DNA of 64,000 nucleotides from an uncultured Halobacteriales archaeon (GTDB taxonomy: Archaea > Halobacteriota > Halobacteria > Halobacteriales > SKSH01), in the NCBI GenBank assembly GCA_964502835.1, contig CAZCYF010000002.1, positions 41,478-105,477 on the forward strand, written 5' to 3'. The first letter of the stretch is position 1; the number at the start of each line of letters is the position of its first letter. Shown here piece by piece: positions 1 to 9,998 of the stretch. The notes below the pieces were generated by a model that made no database searches, was not told the DNA's origin, and worked only from the letters and a program-made list of their open reading frames with translations. Made by a program: the position numbers and the translations under genes.

Positions 1-87
1 TTCGGAGCTCGAACACGGCCGAAATCGGCAGTCTGAGGCCGCCTTTTGAGAAATCTTATAAAGGGGGCGGCGGTATACGCGGCCTGT

Positions 88-255
88 ATGGCAGACCTCA
101 TTGTCAAAGCCGCGGTCAAGGAAGCGCTCGGGGACCACAACGTCGCATCGGACTTCTACGATGCACTCGATGACGAAGTCGCGGAGCTGCTCGAGGATGC
201 CGCCAGTCGAGCAGAGGCCAACGACCGGAAAACCGTCCAGCCGCGCGACCTGTAG
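88..255 (+). CDS. small histone-fold-like protein (DUF1931-type)
   Basis: 55-aa acidic ORF MADLIVKAAVKEALGDHN...; uses the inner ATG of track ORF 46..255. TATA-like CTTATAAA (55-62) lies ~27 nt upstream of ATG 88, which fits a leaderless transcript. Family call is from memory. Confidence 0.55.
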   Translation: MADLIVKAAVKEALGDHNVASDFYDALDDEVAELLEDAASRAEANDRKTVQPRDL

Positions 256-265
256 TGCCACCGTT

Positions 266-937
266 TTACGGCCGATAGACGGTCACGTCGTCGGCCGTTC
301 CGACCGCGATCGTATCGGCCAGTCCGACGAACAGCCCGTGGTCGACAACGCCGGGGATGGTATCCAGCCGTCGCGCCAGGCTCGCCGGGTCGTCGATCGG
401 CCCGAACGAGGCGTCGAGCAACAGGTTGCCGCGCTCGGAGTGCACCGGCCCGTCGACGGCATCACAGCTCCGTTCGGTCACCGCGGCGTCGCGTTCCCTG
501 AGGGCGGCTTCCACCGGCCGGCGCGCCGTCGGGAGCACCTCGAGCGCGACCGGTTTCGTCAGCTCATCGACCCGTTTGCGCTCGTCGACGACCACGATGA
601 ACTCCCGTGCTGTCGCGTCGACGACGCGTTCGGTGACGTGGGCGCCGCCGCCACCCTTGAGCAGGTCGCCGCCGGCCACCTGATCCGCCCCGTCGATCGC
701 GAGATCGACCCGGTCGACGGCCCCCAGGTCGACGACGTCGATACCGGCTTCATGCGCGCGTGCCCTCGCCGCCGACGAGGTCGGGACGCCCTTGACGTCG
801 ACGGCGGCCTCGCCGATGGCGGCGATGGCATGGGCGGCCGTCGACCCGGATCCGAGGCCGACGACCATGCCGTCGGTGACCTGATCGACGGCCCACCGAG
901 CCGCCCGACGTTTCATCGGCGCGTACGCGTCCGACAT
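266..937 (-). CDS. rpiA: ribose-5-phosphate isomerase A
   Basis: Track ORF 266..964. Motif GMVVGLGSGSTAAHAIAAIGE and DGADQV...LKGGGGAH are typical of RpiA. Start is uncertain (964, 937 or 919). Confidence 0.85.
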   Translation of the reverse strand: MSDAYAPMKRRAARWAVDQVTDGMVVGLGSGSTAAHAIAAIGEAAVDVKGVPTSSAARARAHEAGIDVVDLGAVDRVDLAIDGADQVAGGDLLKGGGGAHVTERVVDATAREFIVVVDERKRVDELTKPVALEVLPTARRPVEAALRERDAAVTERSCDAVDGPVHSERGNLLLDASFGPIDDPASLARRLDTIPGVVDHGLFVGLADTIAVGTADDVTVYRP

Positions 938-978
938 GGCTGGCGGCTCTCGCCGTTTACACAAAAGCGTTCGCCGCG

Positions 979-2109
979 CTACCCCTCGAGGCGGTCCATC
1001 ACGGCCTCGGTGTCGTACGCGAGTTCGAGCTGCCGTGAGCGGCCACGGCCCTCGAGGTCGGCGTACTCCGCGCGCAACACGCCCAGGTTGTCGAGCTTGT
1101 TGATGATCTCCGAGTAGCGGGTATAGCCGAGGCCGGTCTCCTCGTGGAAGGCGTCGTAGACGGGGCCGGCCTGTTGCCCCTCGTGGTCGGCGACCACCCG
1201 GAGCAACGCCCGCTCGTGTTCGCCCAGGGTTCGGAGGCTTCGCGAGAGATGGACGTACTTCGAGGTCTCGTAGGCCGTCTCCACGTCCTCGACGGCGAGT
1301 TCGCGGCTCGCGCGCATCTCCGCGTTCAACCCGGCCCGGTGCAGGAGGTCGATGCCCACCCGGAGGTCGCCGGTCTCGGCGGTCAGCGTCGCCACCCGGT
1401 CGAGCACGGCCTCGGGAACGGCCCCCTCGTAGAAGCCGCTGCGCACCCGTTCTTCGAGGATGTCGGCGATCTCGGGCTTGTCGTAGACCGGGAAGTAGAT
1501 CTCCTCCGGATGGAACACGCTTTGGACCCGGTTGTCGAGCTCGCCGATGACGTCGAGGTCGGGATCGGAGGAGACGACCATCACGCCGATCTTCGCGCCG
1601 CGAAACTCCTCATGTGCGCGAAGGAGGGAGTACAGCGCGTCGGAGGCCTCGTTGTCGTAATACAGGTAGTTCACGTCGTCGAGCGCGACCACCAACACCC
1701 GCTCGGTGTCGATGAGGTGGTCGGCCACCTGCCCGAACAGCTCCTTGAACGCCTTGCCGCTGGAGGGTGGTACGAGGTCGAGAATCTGCTCGTAGATCTT
1801 CGCGAACACGGTGTACCGGGTGGCGTTGACCTGGCAGTTGACGCGGACGGCGTAGACGTCGCGCTGGTCCTCGAGCTCCTCGAAGAGCTTGAGGATGGCC
1901 GTCGTCTTGCCGGTCCCGGGCGGACCACGGATGATGGCGTTGACGGGGCGCGAGCCGCGCACCGCGGGGCGCAGGCAGTACTGCAGGTTCGTCATCTGGG
2001 TGTCGCGGTGTTTGAACGTCTCCGGCACGTAGTCCGCGTCGAGGACGCGTTCGTCGCGAAACACCGACTCATCCCAGCCGAGCATGTCGTCCTCGGGGGA
2101 ATCCCGCAT
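979..2109 (-). CDS. orc1: Orc1/Cdc6 replication initiator
   Basis: Walker A GPPGTGKT and a C-terminal winged-helix region. The N-terminal 112 codons of track ORF 979..2445 are Ser/Ala/Arg-rich junk. Inner ATG at 2109 gives MRDSPEDDMLGWDESVF... Confidence 0.9.
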   Translation of the reverse strand: MRDSPEDDMLGWDESVFRDERVLDADYVPETFKHRDTQMTNLQYCLRPAVRGSRPVNAIIRGPPGTGKTTAILKLFEELEDQRDVYAVRVNCQVNATRYTVFAKIYEQILDLVPPSSGKAFKELFGQVADHLIDTERVLVVALDDVNYLYYDNEASDALYSLLRAHEEFRGAKIGVMVVSSDPDLDVIGELDNRVQSVFHPEEIYFPVYDKPEIADILEERVRSGFYEGAVPEAVLDRVATLTAETGDLRVGIDLLHRAGLNAEMRASRELAVEDVETAYETSKYVHLSRSLRTLGEHERALLRVVADHEGQQAGPVYDAFHEETGLGYTRYSEIINKLDNLGVLRAEYADLEGRGRSRQLELAYDTEAVMDRLEG

Positions 2110-2209
2110 TACTTTCACCAAGCTCGGGTGGACACTTAGACCTTCGGACGGCCACCGGGTGCCACCCCGAAGGGCGTGGCTTAACCGCACGGACCCCGGT
2201 GAGGCGACC

Positions 2210-3025
2210 ATGCCATCGCTGGCCGACAAACGGGCCGCCGTCACGGCGGACCTCGCCGACCGCGACGGCGTGTTGGTCGCCTTCTCCGGCGGCGTCGACT
2301 CGAGCGTCGTCGCCGCGCTCGCCCACGAGGCCCTCGGGGAGGCCGCCGTGGCCTGTACGGCCATCAGCGAGACGTTGCCCGATGCCGAACTCGCGGGAGC
2401 CAAACGCGTCGCCGAGGAGATCGGCATCCGCCACGACACGCTCACGTTCTCCGAGCTCGACAGCGAGGCGTTCGTCGCGAACGACGAGCGCCGGTGTTAC
2501 CATTGTCGCTCGATGCGGTTGGGTCGCCTCATCGATCGGGCGACCGAGCTCGGGCTGGCCACGGTCTGTGACGGGACGAACGCCTCCGACCCGGGCGGCG
2601 GCCACCGGCCGGGGTTGCAAGCCGTCGACGAGCTCGAGGCGTACTCGCCGCTGCTCGAACACGACGTGACGAAGGCCGAGGTGCGCGAGCTCGCCGACGA
2701 GCTCGGGTTGTCGGTCGCCGACAAGCCCTCGATGGCTTGCCTGTCCTCCCGGATTCCCACGGGGCTGGCGGTGACGGAGCCCCGGTTGACGCGGATCGAA
2801 CGGGCCGAAGCGCTGTTGCGAACCTGGGGGTTCGACCAGTTCCGGGTGCGCGATCACGACGGTCTGGCCCGGATCGAGGTGGGTGCCGACGAGCTCGAGG
2901 GGGCGCTCGATCCGTCCTTTGCGCAGGCAGCTACCCGCCATCTCACCGACCTCGGGTTCGACCACGTCACCCTCGACCTGACCGGCTATCGATCCGGGAG
3001 CGTCAGCCCCGGGGCGTCGGAGTGA
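2210..3025 (+). CDS. larE: PP-loop ATPase, LarE-like sulfur transferase family
   Basis: PP-loop SGGVDS and conserved PSMACLSSRIP cysteine motif. Inner ATG of track ORF 2084..3025 gives MPSLADKRAAV... Confidence 0.7.
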   Translation: MPSLADKRAAVTADLADRDGVLVAFSGGVDSSVVAALAHEALGEAAVACTAISETLPDAELAGAKRVAEEIGIRHDTLTFSELDSEAFVANDERRCYHCRSMRLGRLIDRATELGLATVCDGTNASDPGGGHRPGLQAVDELEAYSPLLEHDVTKAEVRELADELGLSVADKPSMACLSSRIPTGLAVTEPRLTRIERAEALLRTWGFDQFRVRDHDGLARIEVGADELEGALDPSFAQAATRHLTDLGFDHVTLDLTGYRSGSVSPGASE

Positions 3026-3034
3026 CCGCGTCGG

Positions 3035-4420
3035 CTACGACTCCGGCTCCATCGACGGGTCCGGCCGCACCCACCGCCAGCCGGCGAGGACCAATTCATA
3101 GGTGAGGCCGATCGCGAGGCCGAGGGCGACGGCGGCGAGCGGCTCGAGCAGAACCACCTCGAGCTCGTCGAGCAAGACCGGCTCGGGCGTCGTCAGGTAG
3201 CCGAGTGCGATGGCCGTCGCCCAGACGGGAACTCGCAACTGCCGGAGCACCACCCGCAGGCGCGGTGCCACCGACCACCGGCGCAGGAGGTACCGACCGC
3301 CCTCGAAGGACGCGATGGCGGCCACCATCACGGCGACGGCCGCGAGCACCTCCACGCCCGCGTCGGCGAGCGCGTCGGTGACCGCCGGGGGTAACTGCCC
3401 GTACAGGCCCTCGGGGAGTGGTGCCGGACTCGCCAGGTAGCCGACCAGGGCGGCGACCAGCCAGGCGATCGGTCGAACCCTCGCGAGTTGCCGCGGCGAG
3501 GGCGAGAACACGCCCTCGGCGCTCCAGCGCAACATCGCCAGCGTCCCCTCGAAGAGGGCGATCATCGTGACGGCGACCACGAACGGCGCCATCCCCGTCG
3601 GGTCGGGGCTGAACACGAAGGCCACGCCCGAAAACCCGATCCAGAAGTAGATGCGGCGCGACTCGAGCCACTCCCTGGTGGTCACGCCCATCATGATCGC
3701 CAGCATCAGGAACAGGGGAATCTGAAAGACCAGCGCGAGGGTCGTCAGCATCATCAACAACAGGTCGAACGTCTCACGCAACGCGAAGGCCACCTCCGCC
3801 GACCCCTCCGAGTAGTGCAAGAAGACGGTGAACAGGATCGGCAGGATGACGAAGTAGGCGAAGGCCATGCCGACGAGGGCTAACACGAGGCTCATCGGGA
3901 CGGACGCAAGGTAATACCGCCGCTCGTGGGGGTACAGCCCGGGGCGCATGAACTGGTAGGTCTGATAGACCAGCGCGGGGAGCGCCACCAGGATCCCGGC
4001 CAGCGCGGCCACCTTGATCTCCGTGAGGACGAGATCGAGGGGGCCATAGACGTGCGGTGGGGCACACGGTTGCGCCTGCGGATCCGCCACGCACTCCGCG
4101 ACCGTCCCGGGATGGATGTCGTACCACATCGTCGTCACGATGTCGCCGGCGAAGGGGTACGCGATGACCGTCGCCAGCCCCCCGAGGACGGCGACGATCG
4201 TGAGCCGGCTGAGCATCTCCTCGATGTGGTCGGTGAGCGGCATCTCGACGTCGTCGGGCGGCTGGCTGATGGCGCCCGTTGGCCGCTCCGCGGGCGGGGT
4301 GGCAGGCGCCTCGGCCCCGGCGGCCTCCGCGGGGCTGGCGGTCGGCTGGCCGCCGTCGGCATTGGCCGGCGGGGTCGCCGAGGCCTCGTCATCGCGGCGA
4401 TCGCCACCCTCGGCGTCCAT
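3035..4420 (-). CDS. tatC: Sec-independent translocase TatC (TatCo-like, extended)
   Basis: TatC core with multiple TM helices after an acidic/Pro-rich N-terminus. The last ~160 residues carry about four additional hydrophobic helices. Divergent from the second tatC gene. Confidence 0.8.
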   Translation of the reverse strand: MDAEGGDRRDDEASATPPANADGGQPTASPAEAAGAEAPATPPAERPTGAISQPPDDVEMPLTDHIEEMLSRLTIVAVLGGLATVIAYPFAGDIVTTMWYDIHPGTVAECVADPQAQPCAPPHVYGPLDLVLTEIKVAALAGILVALPALVYQTYQFMRPGLYPHERRYYLASVPMSLVLALVGMAFAYFVILPILFTVFLHYSEGSAEVAFALRETFDLLLMMLTTLALVFQIPLFLMLAIMMGVTTREWLESRRIYFWIGFSGVAFVFSPDPTGMAPFVVAVTMIALFEGTLAMLRWSAEGVFSPSPRQLARVRPIAWLVAALVGYLASPAPLPEGLYGQLPPAVTDALADAGVEVLAAVAVMVAAIASFEGGRYLLRRWSVAPRLRVVLRQLRVPVWATAIALGYLTTPEPVLLDELEVVLLEPLAAVALGLAIGLTYELVLAGWRWVRPDPSMEPES

Positions 4421-4519
4421 GCGGCCCGAGGTTAGTGGAGGGACCGCTTATAGGCCTTCGTTTGCGTGGCCGGGAAGGGAGAACCCTTTAACGGTCGATA
4501 TCCGACCTAGGCCCAGCCC

Positions 4520-6703
4520 ATGGGAGTCTCCGAGGCGGCCGAAGCCGGCGAGACCGCCCTCGCCGTCGTCGATGCGGCGCGGTACCGGCTCCAGCGGGTG
4601 TTCTTCGTCTTCCTGATCGGCCTCGTCGGGACGATCTGGTCGCTGCGGGCGTTCATCTGGGACTTCCTGAAAGAGACGACGGAGTCCCGGATGGAGGCGG
4701 CCGTGGCGGCCGATCTCGACATCATCGTCCGGACCCCCTTCGACGTGATCCTCCTGCAGGCGAAAATTGGCATCATCGTGGGGGCCCTGTTGGCCGTACC
4801 GATGATCATCTACTACGGCCGCGATGCCCTGTTCCGCCGGGGGCTCACCCCGCGGTTGCCCCTGACCCGGCGTCGCCGGTTCGCCTTCCTGTTCGTGTCG
4901 ACGGTGCTCGGGATTGCCGGCGTGTTGTACGCCTATCTCGTCTTCTTTCCCTTCATGTTCGAGTTCCTCGCTTCGAACGCGATCAACTCGGCCATCTTCC
5001 CCGAGTACGACATCGTCTACTGGACGGAGTTCATCATCCTCCTGACCATCTCGTTCGGTCTCGCCGCACAGGTGCCGCTGGTGATGACCGTGTCCTCCTA
5101 TTACGAGATTATCAGCTACGAGTTCTTCCGGGACAGGTGGAAGTACGCGATCCTGGGGATCTTCCTGTTCGGCGCCCTGTTCTCGCCGCCCGATCCGTTC
5201 ACCCAGGTCATGTGGGGACTGCCGCTGGTCGGTTTATACTTCTTCAGCCTCGCGTTGGCCAAGCTCGCGGCCAACCTGAGCCGCGCCGGGTCGGCGTCCG
5301 ACCCGTCGGTCCGACGCGGTCTCAGACGCAAGACCCTCCTCGCCGTCGCCGTGGGCGGGGTGGGGGCACTCGCTGGTGGTGTCGTTGCCCGCTTCGACCT
5401 CACCACCGACCTCGGCGACGTCATCGGACCGCTCTTGCCCGGTGCGGTCCGACCAGCGAGCTGGTCCGTCGAGCCGTGGTTGCCCGCCGGGGGGCTGGCC
5501 GGCGAGATGGCGTTCGCGATCGCCATCGGCGCGGTCACGATGCTCCTGGTCGGGACGGTCTACGCCATCCAGGTCCTGCGCCGGCCGATCCCGCCGTCGG
5601 CCAGCGCCATGATGACCGGCGACCCCGAGGCGTTGAGCCTGCGCCCCCTCGACGCCGAGGGGTTGCGCGCGGCACCGATCGAGGCCTTCGCGACGCTCAC
5701 CGAGGACGAGGCGGTGTCGATCGCCCAGGAGGCCATCGACGAGGGCGATGTCGACCGCGCCGAGGTCATGTTGAACCGCTTCGACGAGGCCCAAGAGCTC
5801 GCGGAAACGGGCGAGCTCGAGACATCCGAGGAGGAGGCCGAGGAGGGTGGACGGATGGAACGCGCCGCGGCCAGCATGCTCGATCCCTTCACCGAGGACG
5901 AGACGACCGAGGAGGACGTCGGGGGCTACATGTACGACCTGGTGTTCATCTACGAGAGTCTCACCTCACGGATGTTTCGCATCCTGATGGTCTTCCTCGT
6001 GGCCATGTTCGCCACCTTTTACTGGCTATACTCGGGCGGCCTCGGCCAGCTCCAGGAGAACTTCCTCTCGCGCGTGCCCGAGGAGGTGGTCGAGACGAGC
6101 GAACTCGGCTTCCCGGTCGCGTTGCACCCGGTCGAGCACTTGCTCTTCGAGGTGAAGATCAGCCTCATCGTGGGGATCATCATGGCGCTGCCGCTGTTGT
6201 TGTACTACGCCTGGCCCGCCGCCAAGGAACGCGGCCTCGTCTCGGGCGACCGCCGGGTCTTCCTCGTCTGGGGCAGCCTCATCATCGGCATCCTCGCCGT
6301 GGGGAGCTACCTCGGCTTCGTCTTCGTCGCGCCGACGCTGATCTCCGGACTGGTCCTTCACTCCCTCGAGGCCGGCATGGTGGTGTCCTACCGGCTGCAA
6401 AGTTTCGCCTGGCTCATCGTGTTCACGACCGTCGGTATCGGCCTCTTGTTCGGGCTCCTGTGCTCGATGGTCCTCTTTCACCTGACCGGCATCATCAGCT
6501 ACGACACCATGCGCGGGCGCTGGAAGGGGGTCGTCGTGTGGACGATGATCATCGGCGCGCTCGTCACGCCGGGCAGCGTGCTCACGATGTTGATCGTCAC
6601 CGTCCCGACGCTGCTGACCTTCCTGGTGGGCCTGGCCATCCTGGGCCTGCTGACCGGACCATGGCGGCTGCGGGGCCGTGGCGGCTCGTCGACGAGCGGG
6701 TGA
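4520..6703 (+). CDS. tatC: tandem-domain TatC translocase (TatCt-like)
   Basis: 727 aa with two TatC-like membrane domains (N-terminal ~250 aa and C-terminal ~250 aa). They are joined by extra TM helices and a very acidic cytoplasmic linker (EEEAEEGG..TEDETTEED). Confidence 0.8.
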   Translation: MGVSEAAEAGETALAVVDAARYRLQRVFFVFLIGLVGTIWSLRAFIWDFLKETTESRMEAAVAADLDIIVRTPFDVILLQAKIGIIVGALLAVPMIIYYGRDALFRRGLTPRLPLTRRRRFAFLFVSTVLGIAGVLYAYLVFFPFMFEFLASNAINSAIFPEYDIVYWTEFIILLTISFGLAAQVPLVMTVSSYYEIISYEFFRDRWKYAILGIFLFGALFSPPDPFTQVMWGLPLVGLYFFSLALAKLAANLSRAGSASDPSVRRGLRRKTLLAVAVGGVGALAGGVVARFDLTTDLGDVIGPLLPGAVRPASWSVEPWLPAGGLAGEMAFAIAIGAVTMLLVGTVYAIQVLRRPIPPSASAMMTGDPEALSLRPLDAEGLRAAPIEAFATLTEDEAVSIAQEAIDEGDVDRAEVMLNRFDEAQELAETGELETSEEEAEEGGRMERAAASMLDPFTEDETTEEDVGGYMYDLVFIYESLTSRMFRILMVFLVAMFATFYWLYSGGLGQLQENFLSRVPEEVVETSELGFPVALHPVEHLLFEVKISLIVGIIMALPLLLYYAWPAAKERGLVSGDRRVFLVWGSLIIGILAVGSYLGFVFVAPTLISGLVLHSLEAGMVVSYRLQSFAWLIVFTTVGIGLLFGLLCSMVLFHLTGIISYDTMRGRWKGVVVWTMIIGALVTPGSVLTMLIVTVPTLLTFLVGLAILGLLTGPWRLRGRGGSSTSG

Positions 6704-6754
6704 CGGCCCGGCCGAGCCGGTCAGCCTATTAACCTAGCCCGCGCAAGGCACCCC

Positions 6755-7789
6755 ATGGCAGACGATGGTGACCTCGAGTCGCTTCCCGGCGTCGGTCCGG
6801 CCACGGCGGACAAGCTGCTCGATGCGGGATTCGATTCCTACGAAGGGCTCGCCGTGGCGAGTCCGGGCGAGCTCTCAAATTCGGCCGACATCGGCGAGTC
6901 GACCGCGGCGGACATCATCCGGGCCGCCCGCTCGGAGGCCGACGTCGGCGGCTTCGAGTCGGGGACCCAGGTGCTCGAGCGTCGGGAGGAGATCGGCAAG
7001 CTCAGCTGGCTCATCGACGAGGTGGACGAGCTCCTCGGCGGGGGCATCGAGACCCAGTCGATCACCGAGGTCTACGGCGAGTTCGGGTCGGGGAAGTCCC
7101 AGGTGACCCACCAGTTCTGCGTGAACGTGCAGTTGCCCCTCGAGGTTGGCGGCCTCGAGGGGAGTGCGATCTTCATCGACTCCGAGGACACCTTCCGGCC
7201 CGAGCGGATCGACGACATGGTGCGCGGTCTCGACGAGGAGGTGCTGGCGGCGGCGATCGACCACCGGGGCCTCGAGGGCGAGCCCGACGACGAGGAGACG
7301 CTCGACGCCCTGGTCGAGACGTTCCTCGAACAGATCCACGTGGCCAAGGCCTACAACAGCAACCACCAGATGCTGCTTGCCGAGCAGGCCCAGGAGCTCA
7401 CCTCGGAGAGCCAGGACGACGAATTCCCGGTCCGCCTCGTCTGTGTGGACTCACTGACGGCCCATTTTCGCGCCGAGTACGTCGGCCGGGGCGAGCTCGC
7501 CGACCGCCAGCAGAAGCTCAACAAGCACCTGCACGACCTGATGCGCATCGGCACCCTGTACAACACGTCCGTGCTCGTGACGAACCAGGTGAGCGCGAAC
7601 CCGGATGCCTTCTTCGGCGACCCGACCCAACCCATCGGCGGCAACATCCTCGGCCACACCTCCACGTTCCGGATGTACCTGCGCAAGTCAAAGGGGGACA
7701 AGCGGATCGTCCGGCTGGTCGACGCGCCGAACCTCCCCGACGGCGAGGCCGTCATGCGCGTGGTGAACGACGGACTGAAGCCGGAGTGA
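6755..7789 (+). CDS. radA: DNA repair and recombination protein RadA
   Basis: N-terminal HhH ([12 protein letters not shown]), Walker [10 protein letters not shown], Walker B LVCVDS. TATA-like CTATTAAC lies ~30 nt upstream. Confidence 0.95.
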   Translation: MADDGDLESLPGVGPATADKLLDAGFDSYEGLAVASPGELSNSADIGESTAADIIRAARSEADVGGFESGTQVLERREEIGKLSWLIDEVDELLGGGIETQSITEVYGEFGSGKSQVTHQFCVNVQLPLEVGGLEGSAIFIDSEDTFRPERIDDMVRGLDEEVLAAAIDHRGLEGEPDDEETLDALVETFLEQIHVAKAYNSNHQMLLAEQAQELTSESQDDEFPVRLVCVDSLTAHFRAEYVGRGELADRQQKLNKHLHDLMRIGTLYNTSVLVTNQVSANPDAFFGDPTQPIGGNILGHTSTFRMYLRKSKGDKRIVRLVDAPNLPDGEAVMRVVNDGLKPE

Positions 7790-7936
7790 CGAGACGCCAC
7801 CGAACCCACCACGAAACGGCCGTCGTCGCCCGTTGCATCCGGGAGAGACGGTTCCCGTCGAGGCCGTGGTGCCCCGCTCGACGGTTGTCCGTCGGTTGGG
7901 CCTCGACATCTGCCGGACCGCGCAGAGTTGCCCGAT

Positions 7937-8350
7937 TCACTCCGTCACCGTCCGCTCCTCGTCGCGATCGCCGCGGTAGATGGCCGCGCCGTCCTGGGCG
8001 ACCTTCTCGGCGAGGACCGCACACTTGATCCGCATCGGACTCACGTCGACGCCCAACAGGTCGAGCATGTCGTCTCGGTCGAGGGTATCGACCGCCTCAA
8101 GGTCCATCCCGATGAGCTCCTCGGTCAACAGGCTGGCGCTGGCCTGGCTGATCGCACAGCCCTCGCCGCGGAAGGCGACCGCCTCGATCACCCCCTCGTC
8201 GTCCAGACGCACGTCGAGGGTGACCTCGTCGCCACACATCGTGTTCTCGCCGATGTGGCTGAACGTCCGGTCGTCAAGCTCACCGTAGTTCCGGGGGTTG
8301 CGGTAGTGATCGAGGATCTGCTGACGGTAAATGTCCGACCCGAGGTCCAT
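7937..8350 (-). CDS. sufU: SufU/IscU-type Fe-S cluster scaffold
   Basis: YRQQILDHYRNPRNYG plus conserved Cys residues (MCGDE, GEGCAIS, KCAVLA). ATG 8350 is preferred over GTG 8401, which overlaps the sufS stop. Confidence 0.8.
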   Translation of the reverse strand: MDLGSDIYRQQILDHYRNPRNYGELDDRTFSHIGENTMCGDEVTLDVRLDDEGVIEAVAFRGEGCAISQASASLLTEELIGMDLEAVDTLDRDDMLDLLGVDVSPMRIKCAVLAEKVAQDGAAIYRGDRDEERTVTE

Positions 8351-8397
8351 CCTGCTACGCCCTATGCCAGTGCGTTCCAAAAACGTTCCGTCGGTCC

Positions 8398-9648
8398 TCA
8401 CCGGGCCAAGAGCTCACGAGCCCGGTCGAGCCCCTCGATGAGGACGTCGACGTCCGTGGGCTCGTTGTAGACGTAAAAGGAGGCCCTGGCGGAGGCTGGC
8501 GCCTGCAGCCGGTCGTGCAGCGGTTGCGTGCAGTGATCGCCCGCCCGGATCGCCACGGCGACGTCGTTCATCACGGACGCGACGTCGTGGGCGTGGACCG
8601 TGTCGAGGTTGAACGAGACGAGGCCACCCCGGTCGGCCGCGGTCGTGGGGCCATAGACGGTGACGTCGTCGATGGCGGTCAGCCGGTCGAGTGCGTGGGC
8701 CGTCACGGCCTCCTCGTGGCGCCTGACCCGGTCCATGCCGATGGATTCGAGATACTCGACGGCGCGGCCGAGGCCGATCCCCTCCGCGATGGGAGGCGTC
8801 CCCGCTTCGAACTTCCACGGGAGCTCGTTCCACCGGGAGGTCTCGAAGGTCACCTTCTCGATCATCCCGCCGCCGTAGAGGAACGGATCCATCGCCTCGA
8901 GCAGGTCGGCCTTGCCGTACAGCACGCCGACCCCGGTGGGGCCGAGCATCTTGTGGCCGGAAAAGGCGTAGAAATCGGCATCGATCGCCTGCACGTCCAC
9001 GGGGCGTGTCGGGACCGCCTGCGCCCCGTCGACGACGATCCGCGCGCCGTGGTCGTGGGCCAGGTCAGCCAGGCGCTCCACGGGGTTGACCGTCCCCAGC
9101 GTGTTCGAGACGTGGGCGACCCCCACCACCGCGGTCTTGGGGCCGATGATCGATTCCGCCTCGGCCATGTCCAGGTGGCCGTCCGCCGTGAGACCGACGT
9201 ACCTGAGCGTGGCGCCGGTGCGTCGGGCGACCTGTTGCCAGGTGACCAGCGAAGAGTGGTGTTCCAGTTCCGTAATCACCACCTCGTCGTCGGGGCCGAG
9301 CGCGTTCAGACCCCACGACTGGGCGACGAGGTTGAGGCTCTCGGTCGTGTTCTTCGTGAAGACGATTTCCTCGCGGCCGTTCGCGTTGATGAACGACGCG
9401 ACGGCCTCGTGGGCATCCTCGTACGCCACCGAGGCCTCCTGGCTCAGCTGGTGGAGGCCGCGGTGGACGTTCGCGTTCTGGTGTCGGTAGTAGCCCGCCA
9501 TCGCCTCGACGACCGGCTCGGGGGTGAGCGACGTGGCCGCGTTGTCGAGATAGACCAGCGGGCGATCGTCGCCGAGGGTGCGCTCGAGCACGGGGAAGTC
9601 CCCCCGGAGCCGATCCACCTCGAGCAACGCCGATTCCTTGACGCCCAT
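8398..9648 (-). CDS. sufS: cysteine desulfurase, SufS type
   Basis: YLDNAATS, SGHKMLGPTG (PLP lysine) and RAGDHCTQP (active Cys). Start is either ATG 9648 or GTG 9699, the latter in a GTGA overlap with the upstream gene. Confidence 0.85.
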   Translation of the reverse strand: MGVKESALLEVDRLRGDFPVLERTLGDDRPLVYLDNAATSLTPEPVVEAMAGYYRHQNANVHRGLHQLSQEASVAYEDAHEAVASFINANGREEIVFTKNTTESLNLVAQSWGLNALGPDDEVVITELEHHSSLVTWQQVARRTGATLRYVGLTADGHLDMAEAESIIGPKTAVVGVAHVSNTLGTVNPVERLADLAHDHGARIVVDGAQAVPTRPVDVQAIDADFYAFSGHKMLGPTGVGVLYGKADLLEAMDPFLYGGGMIEKVTFETSRWNELPWKFEAGTPPIAEGIGLGRAVEYLESIGMDRVRRHEEAVTAHALDRLTAIDDVTVYGPTTAADRGGLVSFNLDTVHAHDVASVMNDVAVAIRAGDHCTQPLHDRLQAPASARASFYVYNEPTDVDVLIEGLDRARELLAR

Positions 9649-9695
9649 CGCGTCATGCCACGTTCTCCCGACCCAACTTTCCTTCGGTCGGTGGC

Positions 9696-9998
9696 TCACC
9701 CCATCCGTGCCAGGTTCAACACCTGCGCGTGGACGGTCGAACCCACCTCGAGCACGTTCGCCTCGTCGACGAAGCCGGCGTCGATGGCCACGTCGACCGA
9801 GCGCTCACCGACGAGATTCGCGACGGCTGCCTGCTCGAGGGCGCGCACGACCGCCGCCTCGTCGCAGCGTTCGCCGGCGTAGAACTCCTCGGTCACGGTC
9901 AACGAGACGTCGCCGTCCTCAAACGACTTCCCCAGGACGGCGCGATCGCAGACGCTGACCAACAGCCCCTGGGGCGTCTCGCGCTCGTTGAGGATCAT
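9696..9998 (-). CDS. DUF424-like small protein
   Basis: 100-aa acidic ORF MILNERETPQGLLVSVCDRAVLGK... with strong G/C at third codon positions. Family name is from memory. Confidence 0.55.
   Translation of the reverse strand: MILNERETPQGLLVSVCDRAVLGKSFEDGDVSLTVTEEFYAGERCDEAAVVRALEQAAVANLVGERSVDVAIDAGFVDEANVLEVGSTVHAQVLNLARMG

Noticed and set aside
965-2209. Replication origin next to orc1/cdc6.
   Set aside because: The flanks are only 14 nt (3') and ~100 nt (5') long and are GC-rich, with no AT-rich unwinding element. There are no repeated origin-recognition-box-like sequences, only a single CCTTCGG...CCGAAGG inverted repeat (~2139-2171). This is probably an origin-independent orc paralogue, or the origin lies elsewhere.
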